Positions 1 to 8,160 of a stretch of DNA of 64,000 nucleotides are shown here, piece by piece (position 1 is the stretch's first letter; each line of letters begins with the position of its first letter). The DNA lies in assembly GCA_031259085.1 (NCBI GenBank), contig JAIRMA010000061.1, forward strand, positions 39,773 through 103,772, read 5' to 3'. The stretch is from Christensenellaceae bacterium. Its GTDB lineage: Bacteria; Bacillota; Clostridia; Christensenellales; DTU072. Made by a program: the position numbers and the translations under genes. Under the pieces are notes generated by a model that ran no database searches, was not told where the DNA came from, and saw only the letters and a program-made list of their open reading frames with translations.

Positions 1-1113
1 TAGCAACTCAGTTTTAATCTTCTTTTCAAGATTTCTTGCTATCTTTCTTAATTGACTATTATGTTGAACAGTTTCTCTTGATATATTAAGTGTTATATCC
101 GTATCAACTAGCCCATTTACAAAGCCAAAAAAATCAGGAATTAGATCCTTTGATTTTTCCATGATCATTACATTGTCAGTGTATAGCTTTAACCCTTTTT
201 CAAATGATTTCCCATAATAATTATACGGAGCACGTGATGGGATAAAAAGCAATGCAGTATAGTTGATTGAACCCTCTGTTTGAGTATGTATCACCCGCAC
301 CGGATCTTTATAATCATGAAATTCACTTTTGTAAAATTCAAAATATTCGCTTTCTGTTATATCAGATTTGCGCTTTTTCCAAATCGGCACCATAGAGTTT
401 AATGTCTCAAATTTTTCATCAACTTCACTCTCTGTTTTTTCTTGATCCTCACTAGTAGTAGCCTCACTCACTTCAGCTTTTTTTAGTTCCAGTTTAATAG
501 GATACTTAATATAATCTGAGTATTTTTTGACTAGATCCCGTATTGTGTATTCCTCTAAGAATTTATCATAATTTTCTTTGTCACTTGCGTCACTATCTTC
601 TTTGATATGCAAAATTATTGTTGTGCCAACTGTTTCTCGGTCAGTCTTTTTAATATCATAGCCCTTAGTACCAGTCGATGTCCAAATGTAAGCATCAGTA
701 GAATCATACGCTTTACTTACAACCTCAACTTTATCGCTCACCATGAATGCCGAATAAAATCCAACCCCGAATTGTCCAATTATATTAATGTCGTCACTCT
801 TTTCTATTGTCTTTTTGAAATCTAAAGAACCACTTTTAGCTATAATACCTAGATTATCTTCTAGTGATTCAAGAGTCATCCCTATCCCGTTATCAGAGAT
901 CTTGAAAATCCTATTCTCTTTGTCTACTGATATTATAATGCTAAAGTCCTCTTTGCTTAAACCCAAATTCTCGTTTAAACTTTTATAATAGAGCTTATCT
1001 ATCGCATCACTAGCATTTGAGATAAGTTCCCTCAAAAATATCTCTTTATGTGTGTAGATTGAATTAATCATTATATCTAACACGCGCTCAGATTCTGCCT
1101 TAAATTTCTTCAT
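1..1113 (-). CDS. htpG: Molecular chaperone HtpG (Hsp90), N-terminal part; runs off the left edge of the window
   Basis: Minus-strand translation from ATG at 1113: MKKFKAESERVLDIMINSIYTHKEIFLRELISNASDAIDK...DNGIGMT...IIGQFGVGFYSAFMV, the Hsp90 N-domain motifs; SD AGAGGAGA at 1121-1128. Not in the ORF track because it is truncated. Confidence 0.97.
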   Translation of the reverse strand, partial: MKKFKAESERVLDIMINSIYTHKEIFLRELISNASDAIDKLYYKSLNENLGLSKEDFSIIISVDKENRIFKISDNGIGMTLESLEDNLGIIAKSGSLDFKKTIEKSDDINIIGQFGVGFYSAFMVSDKVEVVSKAYDSTDAYIWTSTGTKGYDIKKTDRETVGTTIILHIKEDSDASDKENYDKFLEEYTIRDLVKKYSDYIKYPIKLELKKAEVSEATTSEDQEKTESEVDEKFETLNSMVPIWKKRKSDITESEYFEFYKSEFHDYKDPVRVIHTQTEGSINYTALLFIPSRAPYNYYGKSFEKGLKLYTDNVMIMEKSKDLIPDFFGFVNGLVDTDITLNISRETVQHNSQLRKIARNLEKKIKTELL

Positions 1114-1135
1114 AAAATATTCTCCTCTACAAATT

Positions 1136-1162
1136 TTAGCACTCATGACTAATGAGTGCTAA
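1136..1162. promoter_or_regulatory. CIRCE operator (HrcA binding site) upstream of htpG
   Basis: TTAGCACTC-atgactaat-GAGTGCTAA, an exact match to the CIRCE consensus TTAGCACTC-N9-GAGTGCTAA. Confidence 0.97.
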
Positions 1163-1165
1163 TAT

Positions 1166-1194
1166 ATTATAAATCTAAATTTAATCAAATGCAA
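1166..1194 (-). promoter_or_regulatory. sigma-A promoter of htpG
   Basis: Minus strand TTGCAT (1194-1189), 17 bp, TATAAT (1171-1166), directly upstream of CIRCE. Confidence 0.8.
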
Positions 1195-1233
1195 GCAATA
1201 GAGGTAGCTTTTTCGAAATGTTAACTTTTTTTT

Positions 1234-2751
1234 TTACCAGCGTATGCGACGTGCTTCATAATACTCGTCATCATCATAAAGATCATATTTATATTCTAAA
1301 TCTAAAGGAATGGTGCCAGCCCGTTCAAGACGCACCCGTCTGAGTTCTCTTGTTAACAATTCTTTTGTTTCATTATTGTATCTAATGAATATTATTGGTA
1401 TCAAGTTTAATATTGAGCCCAAAACTGGCGCCAAAATGAATACAGGCCAAGCATATTCATAAAATATAGGTGATTGATTGTGCTTTAACTCAGCATCAAA
1501 TTTTAATAATGTCAAAGTGATACCTAAAAAGAACGTTGATATTGCTCCCGTGATTTTAGCCGATGCATTCTGCATGGAAAATACTGTGCCCTCGTTTCTA
1601 GCCCCAGTTTTCCATTCCAAATAGTCAATGCTCTCCCCCCAAAGGGCTGTGGTTGCAATGTCTGTCATGCTAGCAGGAATATTAACTAACATTAAGCATA
1701 AACCAGATAGAATTAGATGCCATCCCTCATAACCAATAAAGAAGGCTACTGTACGAAATCCTATATTGAAAATAACTGAAATTAAAAGTATATATCTCAT
1801 ACCACCTAGCTTTCTAGATATCCAGATCGTGAACGGCTTTGCAAGAGATCCAGGTATCCCGCAAAGAAGACCAAATATAAAGCTCAAAGTGAGCCCGTCA
1901 ATATGAATCCCAAATATTTTATTATCTGGCAACAAATATTCAAAGAATGTTATTTGCTGAATAACTAAAGTAGTCGAGCCTAAAATCGAGCCTAGTACTA
2001 CTAACAATACAATTTTGTTTTTAAATAAAATGGTAAAGGCGCCAGTTTTAGGGACTTTTTTTTCAATTGCCGGAACCCTCTCCTTTGCATATGCACCAGC
2101 TCTTGACAACAACATCCCCCCACACCCTAAGACAAGCGCCATAATAAAAAAAGGTATTCGCCTATTGATTCCCTGACTGTCTGTAACTGACAATATCAAT
2201 GAGATAAGCCCAGCTAGCCATCCCCCCATCATTGCACCGATGCGCCCAATTTGTGCGGCGCGCTCGCGCTCTTTTGGATTCTTAGAGATTAGTGCAGTCA
2301 TGCCCCATTGTCCAATATCTTGAAATGAATATAGAAAATCATATACCATGTAAACAAAAATAAGTATCACTAAGTGAACATTTTTAGGTAGTCCAAAATC
2401 AATGAACAAAAATATTACGATCAACCCAATAGGGAGAGCTAAATGCTTGATAAACGGCCTTAATTTCTCACCGTTTTTGAATCGGTGTTTGTCAATTATT
2501 GCACCAACAATAGGGTCGTTTATTGCGTCCCAAACTTTGACAATACCAAATAATGTTCCAAATAGCAATGGGTTAAATTTCAAAACATGCAGGCAGAAAT
2601 AATTAAACCAACCCACAAAACAGCATGAATTGTTTTGTCCAAAAACGCCCAATGTGAAGCCAATCAGTTCCTTGCGTGGAACATCATGATCCTCGTCCTT
2701 CCCAAATGTCTTATCTAGAAGTTTATTCGAAAATGCCTTTAAACGATTCAT
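1234..2751 (-). CDS. MFS transporter, glycoside-pentoside-hexuronide (GPH/MelB-like) family
   Basis: VWDAINDPIVGAIIDK..K.RPFI motif, IDYLEWKTGARNEG loop, about 12 hydrophobic segments. Confidence 0.88.
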   Translation of the reverse strand: MNRLKAFSNKLLDKTFGKDEDHDVPRKELIGFTLGVFGQNNSCCFVGWFNYFCLHVLKFNPLLFGTLFGIVKVWDAINDPIVGAIIDKHRFKNGEKLRPFIKHLALPIGLIVIFLFIDFGLPKNVHLVILIFVYMVYDFLYSFQDIGQWGMTALISKNPKERERAAQIGRIGAMMGGWLAGLISLILSVTDSQGINRRIPFFIMALVLGCGGMLLSRAGAYAKERVPAIEKKVPKTGAFTILFKNKIVLLVVLGSILGSTTLVIQQITFFEYLLPDNKIFGIHIDGLTLSFIFGLLCGIPGSLAKPFTIWISRKLGGMRYILLISVIFNIGFRTVAFFIGYEGWHLILSGLCLMLVNIPASMTDIATTALWGESIDYLEWKTGARNEGTVFSMQNASAKITGAISTFFLGITLTLLKFDAELKHNQSPIFYEYAWPVFILAPVLGSILNLIPIIFIRYNNETKELLTRELRRVRLERAGTIPLDLEYKYDLYDDDEYYEARRIRW

Positions 2752-3035
2752 ATTAGACGCCCTCTAATTAAATGTGTGCTCTATAATCATAGTGATCCTT
2801 AAAAATCAAAAATGATATGTGATATTATAACCTTTTTTTTAGGTTATGTAAATATCAAATTAAAAATATGCTTAATTTGATATTTGAAAGACTTATTGCA
2901 GAATTGTCTCTATTGACTAATGATTATACACAAAAAACAATTAGAACCTTGAATTTGTTTAATTTTAACAATTAATTTTCATGTATTTTTGTTTTATTAT
3001 TGCATTAATGCATACAATATGCTAAAATAATACAC

Positions 3036-3881
3036 ATGGAAGAGCTATTTATTTCCGCAGACAAAAACGATGTCTCATTTTCTGAACATTTTGAGCGTTT
3101 CGAAAAGTATGTCACAGCTAATAATCTGATAGATTTTGGAGCGTCATATAAAAAACCTGGCACTCATGGCATTAAATACGCACGTAAAACTCGTGTTTTT
3201 TTAGTGTTGGCCATTGTCTTCTTTGTATTAAGCTTAGCGTCACAAGTATATAACATTGTGGCATTAAATACAACAGCCCCAGCCTCAGTAGGCTCCGCTA
3301 ATCCTCTAGGTATTTGGCTTTATATCATTGAGATCGTGTTTTTTGTTACGACTGTCATATTTTATTTAGTTTTTTTAGTACGCAACAAAAAACAAATAGC
3401 TAAGTCTATTAGCAATGACTTTGAATTTGAACGCGAAGCTTTTATAAGTGCTCAAGAGCAATTCTCTATACCTGATGACTTTCAAGAGATCGGAGTTTTA
3501 GAGGCAGAGGCTAAAACTAAAGGTGCAGAAGTAATATACGATTCTCATAATAAATTCCTTCTTTTAGAAAGGCGTCTTATTTATTCTAAAGATAGCGGCG
3601 TGTCTATTGCCGATTATGAAACTGAATATACCATCCCTCTAAACGTTTTAATTAAGCACGAATTAGTAGACACCCCCATATGTTTTATATCTTTTGATAA
3701 AGCAATGGCTGAGTCGTCTGATGTTAAAATGTATAATTTAACCTGTGATAAATACAAATATACTTTGGGCAGTTATGGTAAATTTGTTTTCAAGGATTCA
3801 GATGGCGAATTTGAAATAAAAGTCCTGCCAAATGATTTTCACAAGGTTTTGCGGTTATTTATTCCACAGGATCAATTCTAA
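3036..3881 (+). CDS. Hypothetical membrane protein (two TM helices plus soluble C-terminal domain)
   Basis: 281-aa ORF with hydrophobic segments at about aa 55-78 and 93-115; upstream TTGCAT-17-TAAAAT promoter; no recognised family. Confidence 0.75.
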   Translation: MEELFISADKNDVSFSEHFERFEKYVTANNLIDFGASYKKPGTHGIKYARKTRVFLVLAIVFFVLSLASQVYNIVALNTTAPASVGSANPLGIWLYIIEIVFFVTTVIFYLVFLVRNKKQIAKSISNDFEFEREAFISAQEQFSIPDDFQEIGVLEAEAKTKGAEVIYDSHNKFLLLERRLIYSKDSGVSIADYETEYTIPLNVLIKHELVDTPICFISFDKAMAESSDVKMYNLTCDKYKYTLGSYGKFVFKDSDGEFEIKVLPNDFHKVLRLFIPQDQF

Positions 3882-3915
3882 TTTTGCTAGTTAAATAGTA
3901 AGTAATTCTATAACA

Positions 3916-3936
3916 GGAGCACCAGTTTGGTGCTCT
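3916..3936. terminator. Hairpin between convergent genes (probable terminator)
   Basis: GGAGCACCA-gtt-TGGTGCTCT inverted repeat between the stops at 3881 and 3939; U-tracts weak. Confidence 0.55.
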
Positions 3937-3938
3937 TG

Positions 3939-4496
3939 TTATTTGAGCGTTTTTTTAAAGCCGCCCGCGCTTTTTGAATAACGCTCTTCTTCACTAAATA
4001 TACACCCACAATACTTTTGCATGTATAGATTATTCTCTCTAGCTAGCGCTTGTCCTGTCCTAAAACTCTCTCGAAAGTCTTTATACAAAAACTTAATTTC
4101 ATAACTCTCGCCTATTTCATCACCATGTTCTCGAATTAAATCATGTTTTTGATACGGACTTATAGTAAGAGTCGTAGAAAATGCATCAAATTGGTTATTT
4201 CTAGCATATTCTGCAGTCATATTTAGTCTTGATTTATAACAATAACTACAACGCGCCCCTACATCATCTGCTACATTTTTAACAAATGTACGTAGTCCAT
4301 AATAATCAATTACTTCTAAAGGCAATTCAATTCTTTTGGCATACTCTATTAATGTTTCTAAACGCTTAGTATATTCTGTTAATGGATGGATGTTAGGATT
4401 ATACCAAAATCCAGTTATGTCAATTTTCTCTTTCCTAAAATATTCAATACATTTAACTGAACATGGTGCACAGCATATGTGCAATAATAATTTCAT
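3939..4496 (-). CDS. queH: Epoxyqueuosine reductase QueH (DUF208)
   Basis: MKLLLHICCAPC, YNPNIHP, RCSYCY, YMQKYCGCIFS motifs; start placed at ATG 4496 rather than the TTG at 4520. Confidence 0.93.
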   Translation of the reverse strand: MKLLLHICCAPCSVKCIEYFRKEKIDITGFWYNPNIHPLTEYTKRLETLIEYAKRIELPLEVIDYYGLRTFVKNVADDVGARCSYCYKSRLNMTAEYARNNQFDAFSTTLTISPYQKHDLIREHGDEIGESYEIKFLYKDFRESFRTGQALARENNLYMQKYCGCIFSEEERYSKSAGGFKKTLK

Positions 4497-4589
4497 ATGA
4501 ATTTTATCATGAGTTTGCAAAGTGAATATTTGCTAAGTCAACTCCTTTTAATTTTAAAATTACACCAAATTGCCTATCTAAAACAGATG

Positions 4590-6311
4590 CTATTTTTCGA
4601 TTTGTAGTGCATAATATTTAGCATACAAACCGTTCAATTTCATTAACTCATCATGAGTGCCACTCTCAACGATCTTACCATTATCTACAGTCATGATAAT
4701 ATCTGCGTGACGTATTGTGCTCAATCTATGTGCAATGACAATTGTAGTACGATTTTTTGCTAATTCATTCAACGCATGTTGAATTAAGCTTTCATTTTCA
4801 TTATCAAGTGCAGAGGTTGCTTCGTCAAGTATAAGTATCTTTGGATTTTTAAGAAACACACGCGCTATTGAAATCCGCTGTTTCTGTCCCCCTGATAATT
4901 TTGCACCTCGCTCCCCGACAAAAGTATCGTATCTGTCTTGAAGAGTCAAAATAAACTCGTGTAAGTTTGCCATTTTTGCTGCTTTTTCAATCTCATCATC
5001 AGAGGCATTAGGATTGCCATATGCAATGTTTTCACGGATCGACCCGTAAAAAATATATGTGTCTTGCTGGACTACCCCAATAGCGCGTCTAAGAGAGGCT
5101 ATACTGAACTCTTTTATGTTCACTCCGTCGATTAAAATCTCACCAGAGGTTGGTTCATAAAAGCGGGGGAGTAGTGAGCAAACCGTTGTTTTACCTCCAC
5201 CTGATGGTCCTACGAACGCAACTGTCTTCCCGCTTTCAATTTGAAAATTGATACCATTTAAAACTTCAAGTGGTTTTTCATAAGCAAAACAAACATCCTT
5301 ATACGTTATTGCGCCCTCACTAACCACAAGCTCCTTAGCATTTTTAGCGTCTTGCACTTCAGGCTCCGTTTCAATAACGTCTATAAATCGTTTGAATCCT
5401 GAAAATCCACGCTGGAATGTCTCTGTGAAGTTCACTAGTATTTCAATTGGGCTTATGAATATGCCTATATATATAAAGTACATCGCAAATTCTACTGCAT
5501 TAAGGCTTCCTGTTGTTAAAAAGAAAGCGCCGGATATAAGAGCTGCTACATATAATAGCCCTTGAAAAAATGAATTAATGGAATGATAAACACCCATGGC
5601 TCTATATGACTCGCTTTTAGTCTCTAAAAATGCATCGTTTGCATGATCAAATTTGTTGTGCTCAATTGCTTCTCCTGTAAACGATTTAATAACTTTTATT
5701 CCCAAAAGGCTGTCCTGTACTCTTGCATTTATCCCAGCTATTCTTTTTCTATTAGCAGTAAATATGCTCCTCATTCTTTTATTCATGAATAAACTAAATA
5801 TAATCATTATAATCACAATACTTGCAAGAATTAAGGTGATTTGCCAATTGATTAAAGATAGTAAAATTAGTGATCCTATTATTTTTAATAATGATATTAT
5901 TATATTCTCAGGGCCGTGATGCGCAAATTCTGATATATCAAATAAGTCAGACACTAATTTGCTCACCATCTCGCCAGAGTTGTTCCTGTCATAATATGAA
6001 AAAGAGAGTTTTTGGTAGTGATAAAAAAGTTGACGTCTCATGTCCCCTTCCATTCTAGCTCCCATTATGTGCCCCCAGGACGTAATGAAATATTGACAAA
6101 ATAATTTAACACCATAAAATAACAATAATACTATAGCTATGTACACTACAGTATTTAAAACCGTGCTCCCCGAAGGAATTAAATCCAATGTTATGTACCT
6201 CAGAATTTGAGGAAATGCCAAATCAACCCCAGAAACAATCACAGCACAGAATAAATCTGCTAAGAAAAGTGCTTTGTAGGGTTTATAATAGTTAATGAAT
6301 TTTTTTAGCAT
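4590..6311 (-). CDS. ABC exporter, fused TMD-NBD (YwjA/MsbA-like)
   Basis: Six TM helices, then GPSGGGKT, LSGGQKQR, ILILDEATSALD, IAHRLS. Confidence 0.93.
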   Translation of the reverse strand: MLKKFINYYKPYKALFLADLFCAVIVSGVDLAFPQILRYITLDLIPSGSTVLNTVVYIAIVLLLFYGVKLFCQYFITSWGHIMGARMEGDMRRQLFYHYQKLSFSYYDRNNSGEMVSKLVSDLFDISEFAHHGPENIIISLLKIIGSLILLSLINWQITLILASIVIIMIIFSLFMNKRMRSIFTANRKRIAGINARVQDSLLGIKVIKSFTGEAIEHNKFDHANDAFLETKSESYRAMGVYHSINSFFQGLLYVAALISGAFFLTTGSLNAVEFAMYFIYIGIFISPIEILVNFTETFQRGFSGFKRFIDVIETEPEVQDAKNAKELVVSEGAITYKDVCFAYEKPLEVLNGINFQIESGKTVAFVGPSGGGKTTVCSLLPRFYEPTSGEILIDGVNIKEFSIASLRRAIGVVQQDTYIFYGSIRENIAYGNPNASDDEIEKAAKMANLHEFILTLQDRYDTFVGERGAKLSGGQKQRISIARVFLKNPKILILDEATSALDNENESLIQHALNELAKNRTTIVIAHRLSTIRHADIIMTVDNGKIVESGTHDELMKLNGLYAKYYALQIEK

Positions 6312-6934
6312 ATTAAAATTATATCACTTTAACCTCTTATTTCAAACGAAAATTCTACACTAGTCATAATTAAGTTTATAGGCAAAATTTATATTAATCT
6401 TAACTTGAGCTCCATATAAAATATGATTTCACCTTTTTAAGTTAAATTAAATGTCGAAGTTTTCAATGTCGTTATTCTTTAGTTATTAGAATTTCTCTTT
6501 GACAATTGTAAATAGTAGGATTTGCAAAACGAATAGAATAACGGATTATCTCAAAAATATATTTGTTCTTATTTTTTAAGAATATAAATTAACCATCACA
6601 AATTATTTTATTTAGAAAAAAACGGTGTGCGTCAAAAAAATTCAGAGTTTCATTGTTGTTATAAAATGCTTTATGTGCAAAAATATATCAACATTATTTA
6701 CTAAGCTCATTTTTAAGATTTTAAGTAATAACTCAGGGTCTATTAAAGAAAAATAACTTCCCTGTCATTGCTTAAAACATTAGAGACCTACCCCCCCCCT
6801 TAAATTTAGGTTAATAAGGCTTTTTAATAGCTTAATTTAGCTCTCAAAATCGAGGGCACTCAAAACTTATTTTAACATCTTAATCTGTATTAAAGTAAAA
6901 TACATAAATTATCAAAAAAATGCTGTTAAAATAA

Positions 6935-6963
6935 TTGACAAGAGTGCTTTGGTAATATATTAT
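6935..6963 (+). promoter_or_regulatory. sigma-A promoter of tRNA cluster 1
   Basis: TTGACA (6935-6940), 17 bp, TATTAT (6958-6963), 40 bp before tRNA-Pro. Confidence 0.75.
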
Positions 6964-7002
6964 ATACAAGTTGCTTTTTTTTGACTTTGCAACATTACTT
7001 TA

Positions 7003-7079
7003 CGGGGTGTAGCGCAGCTTGGTAGCGCACTTGGTTTGGGACCAAGGGGCCGGGAGTTCGAATCTCTTCACCCCGACCA
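7003..7079 (+). tRNA. tRNA-Pro(TGG)
   Basis: Cloverleaf CGGGGTG...CACCCCG-ACCA; anticodon arm CTTGG-TTTGGGA-CCAAG; GTTCGAATC T-loop. Confidence 0.96.
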
Positions 7080-7102
7080 CGTGAGATCAAAAAAATTAAT
7101 AG

Positions 7103-7179
7103 GGGCTTTTAGCTCAGTTGGTCAGAGCGGTCGGCTCATAACCGATTGGTCCGCGGTTCGAGTCCGTGAAAGCCCACCA
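7103..7179 (+). tRNA. tRNA-Ile2(CAT) (lysidine-modified class)
   Basis: GGGCTTT...AAAGCCC-ACCA; anticodon loop CTCATAA; overall sequence resembles the Firmicute Ile2 class, not the fMet/Met tRNAs at 45.3 kb. Confidence 0.88.
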
Positions 7180-7195
7180 ATATCTTTTTACATGC

Positions 7196-7272
7196 GGTCC
7201 GGTAGTTCAGATGGTTAGAATGCTAGCCTGTCACGCTAGAGGTCGAGGGTTCGACTCCCTTCCGGATCGCCA
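7196..7272 (+). tRNA. tRNA-Asp(GTC)
   Basis: GGTCCGG...CCGGATC-GCCA; anticodon arm CTAGC-CTGTCAC-GCTAG. Confidence 0.96.
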
Positions 7273-7279
7273 TTCTTTT

Positions 7280-7355
7280 GCCTTGATAGCTCAGTCGGTA
7301 GAGCAATGGACTGAAAATCCATGTGTCGGTGGTTCAATTCCACCTCAAGGCACCA
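7280..7355 (+). tRNA. tRNA-Phe(GAA)
   Basis: GCCTTGA...TCAAGGC-ACCA; anticodon loop CTGAAAA. Confidence 0.96.
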
Positions 7356-7375
7356 TCCTAAGTTTTTCTGGTTAT

Positions 7376-7451
7376 GCTGGCTTAGCTCAACAGGCAGAGC
7401 AGCTGATTTGTAATCAGCAGGTTGATGGTTCGATTCCGTTAGCCAGCTCCA
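7376..7451 (+). tRNA. tRNA-Thr(TGT)
   Basis: GCTGGCT...AGCCAGC-TCCA; anticodon arm GCTGA-TTTGTAA-TCAGC. Confidence 0.95.
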
Positions 7452-7479
7452 CTTTAAAAAATTATATGTTCTTATGCAT

Positions 7480-7513
7480 CCTCAAATCACAAACTTGTGT
7501 TTTGAGGTTTTTT
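7480..7513 (+). terminator. Intrinsic terminator of tRNA cluster 1
   Basis: CCTCAAATCACA...TGTGTTTTGAGG hairpin followed by a T-run. Confidence 0.8.
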
Positions 7514-7652
7514 TATACATTATTAGCTTAAAATTAATAGGTTATTCCTTTGTTTTGGTTTATATACTCTTGTGTTGATTTTCTGTCTGTTTAATTATTT
7601 CTATATTAATAGCGCTTCTTGCTTGCATTTGTCCGTTATATCCTAATTTTAC

Positions 7653-7681
7653 TTGACAAAACCTGTATAAAATTATAAAAT
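7653..7681 (+). promoter_or_regulatory. sigma-A promoter of the riboswitch-controlled operon
   Basis: TTGACA (7653-7658), 17 bp, TAAAAT (7676-7681). Confidence 0.75.
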
Positions 7682-7760
7682 ATATAATGTTGTTTATATG
7701 CTTATAATTTTGTCTGTCAAAAGCATCTATATAACAAATTAGGATATCATAATTTCTTAT

Positions 7761-7842
7761 ATGTCAAAAGCAAACCAGGTGAAAGCCTGCGACGCAAAAC
7801 TAAAGGATCTACGTCATAAAGATACGATAGCCAGTTGCCAAT
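7761..7842 (+). ncRNA. GEMM-I (c-di-GMP-I class) riboswitch aptamer, A20 variant (candidate c-AMP-GMP sensor)
   Basis: GCAAACCAGGT-GAAA-GCCTGCGACGCAAAACT...GGATCTA...GATAGCCAGTTGCC matches the GEMM-I consensus (GCAAA, GAAA tetraloop, GACGCAAA, receptor-bearing P3). P1 pairs G7763-C7839, T7762-A7840, A7761-T7842 with bulged A7841, as in Vc2. Confidence 0.92.
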
Positions 7843-7869
7843 CGCGTTTGTTGTAACACTGGCTTTTTT
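7829..7869 (+). terminator. Riboswitch expression-platform intrinsic terminator
   Basis: AGCCAGT (7829-7835, 3' strand of aptamer P3) pairs with ACTGGCT (7858-7864), followed by TTTTT; mutually exclusive with the aptamer. Confidence 0.82.
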
Positions 7870-7932
7870 CATGTAACCTGGAAAAAGTAATTAGAGTAAA
7901 TTAGTGTTATCTCTATTATTGATGGAGGCCAC

Positions 7933-8160
7933 ATGGGACCTAAAAACTCAATCAAATTATTGCTCTCATCTGTTGTCCATAATTCAATATCAAAAATGTT
8001 TTGCCTCGTAAGATTTAAATCCTACTTAAAGTTAACTAAATTTAGGGATTTCCTTTTTTGTTTACATGCACAAAATACTGAGTTTTTGGACAATCTGCAT
8101 ATTAATCTAAACATTTCTTCAGATCGTAATAATTTCAGGAGCTTAGCCTTATATTCATGA
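7933..8160 (+). CDS. Small hypothetical protein / leader ORF, first ORF after the riboswitch
   Basis: GGAGG SD at 7924-7928, 4 nt before ATG; stop overlaps the next start (ATGA at 8157-8160). No recognisable family. Confidence 0.5.
   Translation: MGPKNSIKLLLSSVVHNSISKMFCLVRFKSYLKLTKFRDFLFCLHAQNTEFLDNLHINLNISSDRNNFRSLALYS

Noticed and set aside
607-988. Plus-strand ORFs 607-825 and 788-988
   Set aside because: Antisense shadows of htpG, which occupies the minus strand.
2924-2932. Single DnaA box TTATACACA
   Set aside because: One isolated 9-mer in AT-rich DNA is expected by chance.
6791-6799. C9 homopolymer in the intergenic region before tRNA cluster 1
   Set aside because: Not within a recognisable promoter spacer or CDS, so there is no support for phase variation.
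7036-7531. ORFs 7036-7218 and 7166-7531
   Set aside because: They run across five tRNA genes; spurious.
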